A DNA stretch of 64,000 nt from Isosphaeraceae bacterium (GTDB lineage: Bacteria; Planctomycetota; Planctomycetia; Isosphaerales; Isosphaeraceae): the NCBI GenBank assembly GCA_965201075.1, contig CBDAVP010000007.1:1-64000 (forward strand). The letters are read 5' to 3'. Numbering within the stretch: the stretch's first letter is position 1; each line of letters starts with the position of its first letter. Both the position numbers and the translations under genes were made by a program. Shown here in pieces: positions 31,189 through 40,111 of the stretch. Below the pieces are notes generated by a model. The model saw nothing but the letters and a program-made list of their open reading frames with translations, ran no database searches and was not told the DNA's origin.

Positions 31189-32228
31189 ACCCTCTGCGAG
31201 CCTGGAACGTCTTCTGGTTCCGCCCGGTTTCGGCCCGTCCGCTGGCGGCCTTCCGGATCGCCTTCGGCCTGGCGGTGCTGGTCCACGTCGCATTCCTGAT
31301 CCCCCAGGCCGACTACTGGCTCAGCGACGCCGGCCTGCTGGTCGGTTCCGAGGCCCGGGAGCTGGCCGGGCCGATCCGCCTCTCGCCGATGCTCTACTGG
31401 CAGAGCCCGCTGGCGGCCCGGGTCTTTCTCGGAGCCACCACGGTCGCGGCGTTGCTGGTCATCGCCGGCTGGCGGACCCGGGCGGCGACGGTCCTCCTCT
31501 ACCTCTGCCTCCTGTCGATTCACCACCGCAACCTGATGTCGGCCAGCAGCGCCGATGTCCTGATCGTGGCCCTGGCGTTCTACCTGATGTTCAGCCCCGC
31601 CGGAGCCGCCTACTCGCTCGACGCCCGTCGAGAAGCGAAACGCCGAGGCGGCACCGAGGCCGAGCCGATCATCATCCCCTGGGCGATGCGGCTGATCCAG
31701 CTCCAGGTTGGCCTGGTCTACCTGATGAGCGCCTCGGTGAAATCCGCCGGAAGGGCCTGGCTCGACGGCTCGGCGTTGCATTACGTCCTGAGCAACGGCG
31801 AAATCCGCCGCTACACCTTCGGCCTGACCGACTACCCAATGCTTACCAGCGTGATGACCCACGGCGCCCTGGTGATGGAATTCTCGCTGGCGTTCCTGCT
31901 CTGGTCGAGAGCCGCCCGCCCCTGGGTGATCCTGGGGGGAATCGGCCTGCATGTCGGCATCATGCTGACCGTGAATATCCCGGTCTTCGGCGAGATGATG
32001 ATCGCTTCCTACCTGACCTTCCTCGACCCCGACCAGCTCGACACCTTGCTCCGCCGGATCGACCCTCGGCCCTCGCTGGCCGCGTTGGGTCGGACGGTCG
32101 CCGCGGCCGGTTCCCTGGCGGCCCGGCCCGGAGGAATCCGGTTCGACCCTCCCGACGCCCCCCGAGGCCCCCACCGCCCCGCCGGGGTCCGTCAACTGAC
32201 TCTGGGTTTCGTCGACCGGGCCGATTGA
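31185..32228 (+). CDS. HTTM-domain membrane protein
   Basis: LAAFRIAFG, SIHHRN...AD, AYSLDA, RLIQLQVGLVY..S..K...WLDGSAL, LHVGI. Confidence 0.87.
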   Translation: MNPLRAWNVFWFRPVSARPLAAFRIAFGLAVLVHVAFLIPQADYWLSDAGLLVGSEARELAGPIRLSPMLYWQSPLAARVFLGATTVAALLVIAGWRTRAATVLLYLCLLSIHHRNLMSASSADVLIVALAFYLMFSPAGAAYSLDARREAKRRGGTEAEPIIIPWAMRLIQLQVGLVYLMSASVKSAGRAWLDGSALHYVLSNGEIRRYTFGLTDYPMLTSVMTHGALVMEFSLAFLLWSRAARPWVILGGIGLHVGIMLTVNIPVFGEMMIASYLTFLDPDQLDTLLRRIDPRPSLAALGRTVAAAGSLAARPGGIRFDPPDAPRGPHRPAGVRQLTLGFVDRAD

Positions 32229-32257
32229 GCGATCGCGATCGTGAACGGGCGGGACGG

Positions 32258-33043
32258 TCAGTCGTCGACGTGAACCGAGGCCCGGGTGCCGGCCAACGAC
32301 GGCAAGGTCTCGATGGAACGCCTCAGGGCCCGCCGCTGCCAGAATCGCAGGGCGCTGGCCTGGACGATGACCCGGCGGTCGACGACGAGGACTTCCAGGG
32401 AGCGCAGGTGGGACCCTACCGCTTGCCGGATCTCCCGCTCGACTCGGCGCTTGAGGGCCGAGTCGGCGGCCGGATCAGTGGCGGCTGCCAACGATCCCTC
32501 CGCCGTCGAAGTCAACGGCGGGCGGGCGGTTGGGTTCGCCAGGGGCATGGTCGAGGGGGCATCGCCGCCCCGACCGAACCAGCGAGACCGCCAGCCCGCG
32601 GAGGGGGCCACGGGCGGTTTGGGCCGGGTCTCCGAGGGCGGAAGCGCTTCCGTTTCCAGGGTCAGCCGGGGGGCCGACTCCCGAACCACAGGGCCACGCG
32701 TCCGGGGCGAGACGTCCACTCCTCGCCGCGAAGGAGCCGGTTCGGGCATCTCCGCCGGTCCAAAAAGGACCGGGAGATCGCCACCCGAGGCAGACCCTGT
32801 CGCGGGCGACACGGTCCGCGGCTGCGTGACCACGCTCGCCGGGCGGGGTCTCGTGGGAGGTTCCGGGTCGGGAGTCAAACGGAGGCCCAGCCCCGAATCG
32901 CCACGTCCGTCTGGCGAAGCCGAGTTTGGGGAAGCCGGCGCGAGGTCGGAGGGGGGGGTCAGTTCCAGATCATCCGTTTGGGCCACGGCCGAGTTCGCGA
33001 ACGCCAGGAGCAGAACCCATACCCCCGACACGATCCCACCCAT
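32258..33043 (-). CDS. Secreted Pro-rich protein with C-terminal BON-like domain
   Basis: Signal peptide; ALKRRVEREI...LRSLEVLVVDRRVIVQA..FWQRR. Confidence 0.65.
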   Translation of the reverse strand: MGGIVSGVWVLLLAFANSAVAQTDDLELTPPSDLAPASPNSASPDGRGDSGLGLRLTPDPEPPTRPRPASVVTQPRTVSPATGSASGGDLPVLFGPAEMPEPAPSRRGVDVSPRTRGPVVRESAPRLTLETEALPPSETRPKPPVAPSAGWRSRWFGRGGDAPSTMPLANPTARPPLTSTAEGSLAAATDPAADSALKRRVEREIRQAVGSHLRSLEVLVVDRRVIVQASALRFWQRRALRRSIETLPSLAGTRASVHVDD

Positions 33044-33199
33044 GATTCACAACCTCCTTCGACGCCCCGTTTCCGGTCGCACCTTCGCGTAACACCTTCG
33101 ATCTCATCGACCGGTTCCGCCACGATCCCCCGCGGTTCCCAAGATCCACAAAGTCGAACCGGGCGATCCTGACGTTCACGACGGAAAGACCGTCTCGGG

Positions 33200-33215
33200 C
33201 GGCACGTCGGTTGCA
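33200..33215 (+). promoter_or_regulatory. Sigma54 (-24/-12) promoter
   Basis: CGGCAC-GTCGG-TTGCA, exact GG/GC spacing of consensus TGGCAC-N5-TTGCW, 57 bp upstream of ATG 33272. Confidence 0.6.
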
Positions 33216-33271
33216 CAAAAGATCCGCCTCGTTCCGCCCAAAGTGAATCGCTTTTGCACGAGGAAGATGTC

Positions 33272-33697
33272 ATGGCTGAATCATTCAAGGAGAAGATGGA
33301 AGACGCGGGCCAGAAGATCGCGGACAAGGCGACCGAAGTTGGCCATCGCGTGGGTGAGAAAGTGGAAGAGGCCACCGACTGGGCCAAGGAGAAAGCCCAC
33401 CAGGCCGGACACCGGATTGACGAGACCACCCACTCCGCCGGGGCCAAACTTTCCGAGAGCACTGGCAAGGTCGGCTCGGTGGCCGACATCAAGGAGCATC
33501 AGGAGGTCTATGCTTCCTGCGGCAAGAAGGTCGGCGTGGTGGATCATGTTCAGGGCGACCACATCAAGCTCACACGCAAGGATAGCCCCGACGGGCAGCA
33601 CCACCTGATTCCGACTTCCTGGGTAGCCAAGGTCCACGACCACATCCACCTGAACAAGGATCACAAGGAAGTCGAGAGCCAGTGGCAGCCCGCTTGA
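33272..33697 (+). CDS. CsbD/LEA-like N-terminus plus DUF2171 domain protein
   Basis: Hydrophilic EK/AG helical repeats; IKEHQEVYASCGKKVGVVDH, IKLTRKDSPDGQHHLIPTSWV. Confidence 0.85.
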   Translation: MAESFKEKMEDAGQKIADKATEVGHRVGEKVEEATDWAKEKAHQAGHRIDETTHSAGAKLSESTGKVGSVADIKEHQEVYASCGKKVGVVDHVQGDHIKLTRKDSPDGQHHLIPTSWVAKVHDHIHLNKDHKEVESQWQPA

Positions 33698-34464
33698 ACC
33701 CAGGCTCGGGCCGAGTGGCCATCGTGACGGGGGCTTCAAGCGGAATCGGGGCCGAGATGGCCCACCAGCTTGCCCAAATGGGCTGGCGTGTGGGCCTGAC
33801 GGCTCGTCGACTTCCTGCACTGGAAGAGGTGGCCGAGAAAATCCGCAAGGGCGGCGGCATCGCCCAAATTGCCGTGGCCGATGCCGCCGATGCTGAGGCC
33901 ACTCGCGGGGCTATCGGCCATCTCGCCTCGGTATTGGGGCCAGTCGAGCTGATGGTGGGCAACGCTGGTTACGGTGAGCCTGTCCCGGGCGCGGCCTTTC
34001 GCACTGAGGAAATCGACCGGCAATTGCGGGTCAATGTGCTGGGAGCCGCTCACGCCTTCGAGGTCGTCCTGCCCTCGATGCTGGAACGGGGACGTGGGCA
34101 ACTGGTCGGCATCAGCAGCCTGGCCGGCTATCTCGGCCTGCCCGAGGGGGCGGGATACTGTTCCAGCAAGGCCGCCCTGACGGCGATGCTCCGCTGCCTC
34201 CGCACGGACCTCGGTCCCCGAGGCATTCAGGTCACGGCCGTGCATCCCGGCTACATCCGCACGCCAATGACCGCCGGGGCCAACCATCCCATGCCCTTCG
34301 CGATGGACGTTGGTCCCGCGGTGAGCACAATTTTGCGAGGGGTCGCGGCCGGTCGTGCCGAGATTTCCCTTCCTCGGCGGATGGCCTGGCTGGTGAACCT
34401 AGGCCGACTCGTGCCCCCCGCCGTTTTCGCCTCGGTGATCGGCAGGATGCGTCAGCCTCAATAA
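33694..34464 (+). CDS. SDR family oxidoreductase
   Basis: TGASSGIG, NAG, SS, YCSSK; TTG start overlapping upstream stop (alternative GTG 33682). Confidence 0.9.
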   Translation: MNPGSGRVAIVTGASSGIGAEMAHQLAQMGWRVGLTARRLPALEEVAEKIRKGGGIAQIAVADAADAEATRGAIGHLASVLGPVELMVGNAGYGEPVPGAAFRTEEIDRQLRVNVLGAAHAFEVVLPSMLERGRGQLVGISSLAGYLGLPEGAGYCSSKAALTAMLRCLRTDLGPRGIQVTAVHPGYIRTPMTAGANHPMPFAMDVGPAVSTILRGVAAGRAEISLPRRMAWLVNLGRLVPPAVFASVIGRMRQPQ

Positions 34465-34805
34465 TTGACGGCGGCCGGCTGACCTCGAACGATCTGGCGA
34501 AGTTCCCCCACGATGCCCGCGGGGATGCCGACGACCGTGGCGGCGGCGGCCTTGACGACTCGGTTCTGGCCCGACGTTTCGTAATACTCTCGGGGCTTGG
34601 AGAGCAAGGGGTGGCGGTCAACCATCGTCACCGGCCGAGCGTTCGGGGCGGCCTCGATCACTCCGGAAGACGATCCTCCCGGGGTCTCCACCAAGGGCGG
34701 CTCGGCTTTTGTGATCGAGCGGCGGCTCGCCATCCCTCCGCGACAGCCGGCCGCGGCCAAGCAGATCAACAACACTCCGTAAACCCAGGGCCGACGACCA
34801 CTCAT
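34458..34805 (-). CDS. Hypothetical lipoprotein
   Basis: LAAAGC lipobox after a basic/hydrophobic leader. Confidence 0.7.
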   Translation of the reverse strand: MSGRRPWVYGVLLICLAAAGCRGGMASRRSITKAEPPLVETPGGSSSGVIEAAPNARPVTMVDRHPLLSKPREYYETSGQNRVVKAAAATVVGIPAGIVGELRQIVRGQPAAVNY

Positions 34806-34964
34806 GGCACTCCCTCCCCGATCGAATCCTTCGCCGCCCACCCAGGCCGCGACTCGATAGACCAAGGATACTCCGCCAATTGGGGTGAGCGACCCTTCCA
34901 GGCAAGACTCGGGTGGGCGACCTGACGAGCGTGGCGGCTGCGGGGAGTTTGCGGGACGCCACCT

Positions 34965-35930
34965 TCAGTCCGAGGGTTCGGCGAGGATCAAGCACCAGTA
35001 AGGGGCCCCATCGTCCCCCCGGGCCACCCCAACGCCCGCCTCGGTATATTCGCCAAGGAGCCCCGACTTGACGCCCTCATTGTCAAGCCACGTCTTGACG
35101 ACCTCCTCGGGAGTGGCGGAGTACACCGCGATGGCCATTTGCACCCCCTGGAAGCGATATCTGACCGCCTTGAGCCGGGCGCCGAGATCGTCGCCGGCCT
35201 GGGTCGGCTTCCCCTCCTTGGCCTGGTCGGCCATCTCCTGAGCCATTTTGCCAGCGATCTCCGCCAGCTTCTTGTGAGATGTCAGCGGTTCGACCTTGGC
35301 GTCGGCCCTGACCCGATTGACCTCCTCGATCAGAGCCTTGGCGGCGGCCTCGGGATCGAGCAGCGGCCAGGACTTGCCGAAATCGACACACCAGTAAGGG
35401 GTTCCATCCTCGGAGTCGCGGCGAGCCACCCCGATCTGGTCGTAATCGCCCAGCATGTTCTTCTTGTGAGGGGGGCTGTTGAGCCATAGGTCGATGACTT
35501 CGGGAACAGCCTGGGCCCCATAAGCAACGTTCTCGGCGCTTCCCCGGCCCTTGAACCCCTGGCGGGTCATGCGCTGCTGGGGATTCGATCCATCGGAGCC
35601 CTCATGGGCCATCTTGGCATGTTCGGCCATGTCGAGGGCCTGGACCCTGGCGGCGGCGGTCAACGGGTCGCTGGGCGTCAGGGGGGGCAACTTGGCCCGT
35701 TCTCGAACGCGGTTGTGGGCGGCGATGAGCGTTTCGGCCAGTTCGGCGTCGCCGGGAAGTTCGGGCGGGGTGGGTCGCGCGGGGGCCTTGGCCTGGGCCT
35801 CGCCGGGCTCGGCGGGGGGAGCGTCGGCCGGCGGCTCGGGGCGGGCCCCCGGAGTGGCGCAAGCCGGGGTCGTCAGGCTCGCCAGCACCATCAGGGCCGT
35901 GACGGCAGTTCGACGAATGTGAGTTTCCAT
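34965..35930 (-). CDS. Lipoprotein with two CAP (SCP) domains
   Basis: HNRVRERAKLPPL, AENVAYG, WLNSPPHKKNML, YWCVDFG; degenerate second copy. Confidence 0.88.
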   Translation of the reverse strand: METHIRRTAVTALMVLASLTTPACATPGARPEPPADAPPAEPGEAQAKAPARPTPPELPGDAELAETLIAAHNRVRERAKLPPLTPSDPLTAAARVQALDMAEHAKMAHEGSDGSNPQQRMTRQGFKGRGSAENVAYGAQAVPEVIDLWLNSPPHKKNMLGDYDQIGVARRDSEDGTPYWCVDFGKSWPLLDPEAAAKALIEEVNRVRADAKVEPLTSHKKLAEIAGKMAQEMADQAKEGKPTQAGDDLGARLKAVRYRFQGVQMAIAVYSATPEEVVKTWLDNEGVKSGLLGEYTEAGVGVARGDDGAPYWCLILAEPSD

Positions 35931-36058
35931 TCCCGGATTGTTCAACCTGGCCACGCCCCTGGCAAGTCCTTGGGGTGAGTTCGCCAGAATGACCCGCGCT
36001 GGGCGAGGTTTCCGGCGGGACCGCGCCTCGCTAAGATTTCGGAAGGGGGGACGGACCG

Positions 36059-36862
36059 ATGCGTGAGTTCGTGGCCTTCGACCTGGAGACGACCGGCCTG
36101 TTCGCCGAGGCCGACCGCGTTGTCGAGATCGGCGCGGTCCGGTTCGACGGCTTCGGGCGAGAACTCGGGCGGTTCGAGTCGCTGGTCCGCCCCGGCCGGC
36201 CCGTCGGCGCCTCGGCCCGAGCCGTCCACGGCCTCGGCGATCACGAGTTGGCCGAAGCCCCCCTTCCCGAAATCGTCCTGCCGGCGTTCCTGGCATTCGT
36301 GGGCGACCCCCACACCACGACCCTTCTGGCCCATAACGCCGCCTTCGATGCGGGCTTCCTTGGCGCGGAACTAACCCGGCTGGACCTGGACCTGCCCGCG
36401 CATCGGGTGGTCGACACCCTGCCCTTGGCCCGCGACCGACTTGCCTCGGCTCCCGATTTCCGCCTCGACACCCTGGCCCGCCTCCTCAACCTCGACACCA
36501 GCGGAGCCCACCGAGCGCTCGCCGACGCCCAACGGGTCCGCGGCCTCTGGCTGGCCCTGGGAGGCGATTCGGGGCCCGACGCCCCCTTGCTCTCCTACCC
36601 GATCTTCGACCCTCGCAAGGTTCCGCCCGTGCCGACCGGCTGGGACGCCCTAGCCGTCGCGATGGCCGACAACCGGCGGGTCCGCCTGGAATACTCCGGG
36701 GGCACCCGAGGGGCGGGGCCAAGAGATGTCACCCCTCGACGATTCGCCCACCGAGGCGGGACGGCTTATGTAGTAGCTGAGTGCCATATCGACGGTCAGG
36801 AGAAGTCGTTTCGTCTCGATCGCGTTTTGCGATTCGAGGTCCTCGACGGGGTGACGGCCTGA
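36059..36862 (+). CDS. DEDDh 3'-5' exonuclease (DnaQ-like) fused to C-terminal WYL domain
   Basis: FDLETTGL, AHNAAFD, HRALADA; VRLEY..RDVTP...YVVAECH...KSFRLDRV. Confidence 0.9.
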   Translation: MREFVAFDLETTGLFAEADRVVEIGAVRFDGFGRELGRFESLVRPGRPVGASARAVHGLGDHELAEAPLPEIVLPAFLAFVGDPHTTTLLAHNAAFDAGFLGAELTRLDLDLPAHRVVDTLPLARDRLASAPDFRLDTLARLLNLDTSGAHRALADAQRVRGLWLALGGDSGPDAPLLSYPIFDPRKVPPVPTGWDALAVAMADNRRVRLEYSGGTRGAGPRDVTPRRFAHRGGTAYVVAECHIDGQEKSFRLDRVLRFEVLDGVTA

Positions 36863-37614
36863 TGGCGGGATTGCTGGTCAGCGTCCGATCAGCGACGGAA
36901 GCCCTCGCCGCGATGGCCGGAGGGGCGGCGATCATCGACGTCAAGGAGCCCGACCGCGGGCCCCTCGGTCGCGCCGACGTGGCCACCTGGAGGGCCGTCC
37001 GCGAGTCCCTGCCCAGGACGGTTCCCGTCAGTGTCGCGCTGGGGGAAATGGCTGACTGGGAAGCGTTTGACGGCGAGTCGAGGGCATTCGAGGGAGTTGC
37101 CTACAGGAAACTCGGCCTGGCGGGCTCGGGTGGTCAATGGTCAAGTCGCTGGGCCACGATCCGCCGACAACTGGGTCCAGGAGCCGGCTGGGTCGCCGTG
37201 GCCTACGCCGATGCCGAGAGCTGCGCGGCGCCGGGACCGGACGCGGTCCTCGACGCCGCCGAGAACGCCCCGGACTGCGTCGGCCTGCTGGTGGACACCT
37301 GGGACAAATCCCGGCCGAGCCCCCTGGACCATTCCTGGGAGCCGTGGGTTCGCCGCGCCCAGGGGTCCGGCCGGTTCGTCGCCCTGGCCGGCGGGTTGGA
37401 CGAGGCCGCCATCCGTCGCCTGGCACCTCTACGTCCCGACCTCTTCGCCGTCCGAGGCGCGGCCTGCCAAGGGGGGTCTCGCCTTGACGAGATCCAGGCG
37501 GAGTTGGTGGCAAGGTTGGTCCGGGCGGCCGGTTCCGACGGATCTTGGCCCGCACCTCATGCCGTATTCGAGCCTGGACCCGGCGATCGAGTTTCCCGGC
37601 GATCCCGAGATTGA
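36862..37614 (+). CDS. mfnB: (5-formylfuran-3-yl)methyl phosphate synthase-like (Orf22/DUF556)
   Basis: LLVSVRS..EA..A..GGA.IIDVKEPDRGPLG, VSVALGE, LVDTWDKS, ALAGGL, AVRGAAC. Confidence 0.85.
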   Translation: MAGLLVSVRSATEALAAMAGGAAIIDVKEPDRGPLGRADVATWRAVRESLPRTVPVSVALGEMADWEAFDGESRAFEGVAYRKLGLAGSGGQWSSRWATIRRQLGPGAGWVAVAYADAESCAAPGPDAVLDAAENAPDCVGLLVDTWDKSRPSPLDHSWEPWVRRAQGSGRFVALAGGLDEAAIRRLAPLRPDLFAVRGAACQGGSRLDEIQAELVARLVRAAGSDGSWPAPHAVFEPGPGDRVSRRSRD

Positions 37615-38288
37615 CCCGAGGATCTGGTCTCCAGTCGACCCGCGTCTCGATCCGGCCATTCTCCACAACCGTTGACCGAGACGGAAAACTCCCCACTTTC
37701 TCCCCCTCCTGGTCCACGCAGGTTGCGCCAGGACACGCGAGGGAGGTCTCGTGCCTCGACCGGGAACCGAGGATCGACCCAGCCCAACCGGGCGGCCTCT
37801 TCCAGATCCCCTCCGGCGGGGGGCGTGGCGCTTTTCAAAAGGACCAGTTCCCGCGCCCCCGTCCGCCTCGCCAGCCGGGCGGCGATGCTGTCGCTCGTCA
37901 CGTCCCAATGGTGGGGAAGCGAATCGCCTGGTTCGTCATCGTCGTCGAGGAACTCCCGAGGGGCGAAGACAGGCACCCGACCCGCATCCCAGCAAGGTTC
38001 GAGGTCGGCCAGGCGGTTGACGACGTCCAACTCGGGGAGGACCGCGGCCAGAATTTCGGCCGTCAAGTCGAGCGACCTCAGCGCCAGGGCGTGCGCCGTC
38101 TCCTGGCCGAGGGCATGGACGCGATCAAGGCCACGAATCCATTCCGTCGCCCCGCCCCCCCCGACTACCAAAATGAGGCGGTCGCTCCTCCGGCTGACCA
38201 GGTAATCGGCCAGGCTGGCCGCCAATCCGGCCCATCCTAGGAGGCTACCACCCACCTTGACCACGACCGGCGGCTGTTCTCCGTTCAT
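37557..38288 (-). CDS. Amino-acid/uridylate kinase family, Orf21/MfnE-like
   Basis: VVKVGGSL, VVGGG, AHALAL, LPHHWDVTSDSIAA, LVLLKS, VDPRF. Confidence 0.85.
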   Translation of the reverse strand: MNGEQPPVVVKVGGSLLGWAGLAASLADYLVSRRSDRLILVVGGGGATEWIRGLDRVHALGQETAHALALRSLDLTAEILAAVLPELDVVNRLADLEPCWDAGRVPVFAPREFLDDDDEPGDSLPHHWDVTSDSIAARLARRTGARELVLLKSATPPAGGDLEEAARLGWVDPRFPVEARDLPRVSWRNLRGPGGGESGEFSVSVNGCGEWPDRDAGRLETRSSGQSRDRRETRSPGPGSNTA

Positions 38289-38417
38289 CGGCTCGGCGCC
38301 CGAGACAATGCCGGGCGACGGGCGAGGGTGGGCGCCCGCCGGTGGACAACCGAATGGCTTGGGCGTAGAGTCGAACCGGGGGGAATGACAGGACAGAACC
38401 GACCGGGAGGGCGATTC

Positions 38418-38939
38418 ATGCTCATGCGCCGACGGCTCCTCCAGGCTCTGGCCGCCTGCGGCCCTCTCCTGCTCGTTCGCCAATCCTGGGCGGGGGACGG
38501 CACCGACGACGCCTCGGAAACCCCTGAATTGCAGGCGGTCCGCCAGGTGGCCGAGGAGGTCGGCGAGGCGTGGGCCCGACTCGATGCCAAGGCCATGGGA
38601 GCCCACTATACCGAGGACGCCGATTACGTGAACATCATGGGGCTGGTCCTGGAAGGCCGCAAGGCAATCGAGGTCCGCCACGCCGAGATTTTCACAACCG
38701 TCCTGCGAGGCAGTCACGCCTCATTCGAGGTCCGCTCGGTCCGCATGCTTGCTCCTGGCGTTGCCCTGGCCGACGTCAACGGCGCGGTCATGGACATCAA
38801 GACGCCACCCACGGGTCTGACTCTGGACGCCGATGGGGCCGTGCGGTCCCGGATCAAGCACATCCTGATCAAGAAGGAAGGGGCCTGGCGGGTCGTGTCG
38901 TCGCAGACCACGCAAGTGGTCGCCCGCGAACGCCGCTGA
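38418..38939 (+). CDS. Exported NTF2-like protein (SgcJ/EcaC, DUF4440)
   Basis: RRRLL leader; EAWARLDA..YTEDADYVNIMG..GRKAI, KKEGAWRVVSSQTT. Confidence 0.8.
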   Translation: MLMRRRLLQALAACGPLLLVRQSWAGDGTDDASETPELQAVRQVAEEVGEAWARLDAKAMGAHYTEDADYVNIMGLVLEGRKAIEVRHAEIFTTVLRGSHASFEVRSVRMLAPGVALADVNGAVMDIKTPPTGLTLDADGAVRSRIKHILIKKEGAWRVVSSQTTQVVARERR

Positions 38940-38943
38940 CCGA

Positions 38944-40062
38944 TCAGAGGGGTTCTTCCTCGGCAAGCAAGACCAGCGCGTGGGCACAACCCGCGGAACT
39001 GGCCACCGACCCCCAGACTTCGTCGAGCGAAATCACTCGACCCCTGGGCGCCAGCAGTCGCTCGGCCAGTCGCCGGCCCAGAGCCGACCCCGATCCGGCC
39101 ACGACGACCACTCTGGGCGAATCCACCTCGACCTCGATGGCGTTTCGAGCGGCCCCCTCCAGGCGATCCATCAAGGCGGCGTCGGCGGCGAGCGCCAGGT
39201 CTCGGGCATCGGCCTCGGAAAAGCCATCGCGGTCCTCGCCGACCATCCTCGCCAGGCGGTCTCGGGCCGCCTCCTTGGTCGAGGGCCGGCCGTCGGCGGT
39301 CAGCTCATCGGCGGGGTCTTCGTCCACATCGCCCAGAGTCAGATAAACGTCCAGGGTGGTGGCGAAGACCTCGGCCGCCAAACCGGTGGGTTCGCCCCGC
39401 CAGGTCAACTCGTGGGCCACGGCACAGAGGGGGGTCCTGCGCATCCCGGCGTAAACCAACTCCCCGGAGCGCAATCGCTGGGAGTCGGTCCGGCCCCGAG
39501 GCGTGGGTTGGCCGTCCCGGAGAGGGATCAGGTCGGTGGTCGTCGAGCCGACGTCAATGAGCAATCCCGGCCCCTCCGGAACCAAGCGGGCCGCGACCGT
39601 CGCCAACGCGACCCAGTTGGACGCGGCGGCGGAGGCTGGAGCGTCGAGGGCCTCCTCCACCGACCGAAACCGTCCGTCGACCCCCCAGATCCGGGTCGGC
39701 ACCCCCTCGAAGGCCCGAATGATTGACTCCAGAATCGCGCGGACACCCACTGCCTTGGTCGGGAAGCAGTCGCAAAGCTCGGCCGTCATCGTCAGCGCCA
39801 GACGGTCCGTCGTCGGGAAGGCGGCGGTCAGGGTCGTCAAGACTCTCGGCAACTCGTTGGGGGTCTTCCAAAGCTCGAAGGGGAGGGTCCTCGCCGGGGC
39901 GGCCGAATGCGCGGCCTTGATGTTGGCCCCGCCAATATCCAGCGCCAACCAGTTCGGCCGGGTCCGCGAACTCGGTTGCGGCTCTGGAGTGTCCAAACGC
40001 AGAGCGAACGGGCCGCCGGGGGGGGAATGGCTCAGCGCTGGCATGATCGGGGGGTCCTCCAT
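38944..40062 (-). CDS. H4MPT-linked hydantoinase/oxoprolinase family protein, Orf9/MfnF-like
   Basis: LDIGGANIK, TMTAELCDCF, AASNW, DVGSTTTD, LVYAG.RRTP, TADGRP. Confidence 0.88.
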   Translation of the reverse strand: MEDPPIMPALSHSPPGGPFALRLDTPEPQPSSRTRPNWLALDIGGANIKAAHSAAPARTLPFELWKTPNELPRVLTTLTAAFPTTDRLALTMTAELCDCFPTKAVGVRAILESIIRAFEGVPTRIWGVDGRFRSVEEALDAPASAAASNWVALATVAARLVPEGPGLLIDVGSTTTDLIPLRDGQPTPRGRTDSQRLRSGELVYAGMRRTPLCAVAHELTWRGEPTGLAAEVFATTLDVYLTLGDVDEDPADELTADGRPSTKEAARDRLARMVGEDRDGFSEADARDLALAADAALMDRLEGAARNAIEVEVDSPRVVVVAGSGSALGRRLAERLLAPRGRVISLDEVWGSVASSAGCAHALVLLAEEEPL

Positions 40063-40111
40063 GCGTCAGAATGAACCCGCGATCGCCGACCGTCAAGGAG
40101 CGTTCCGGAAA

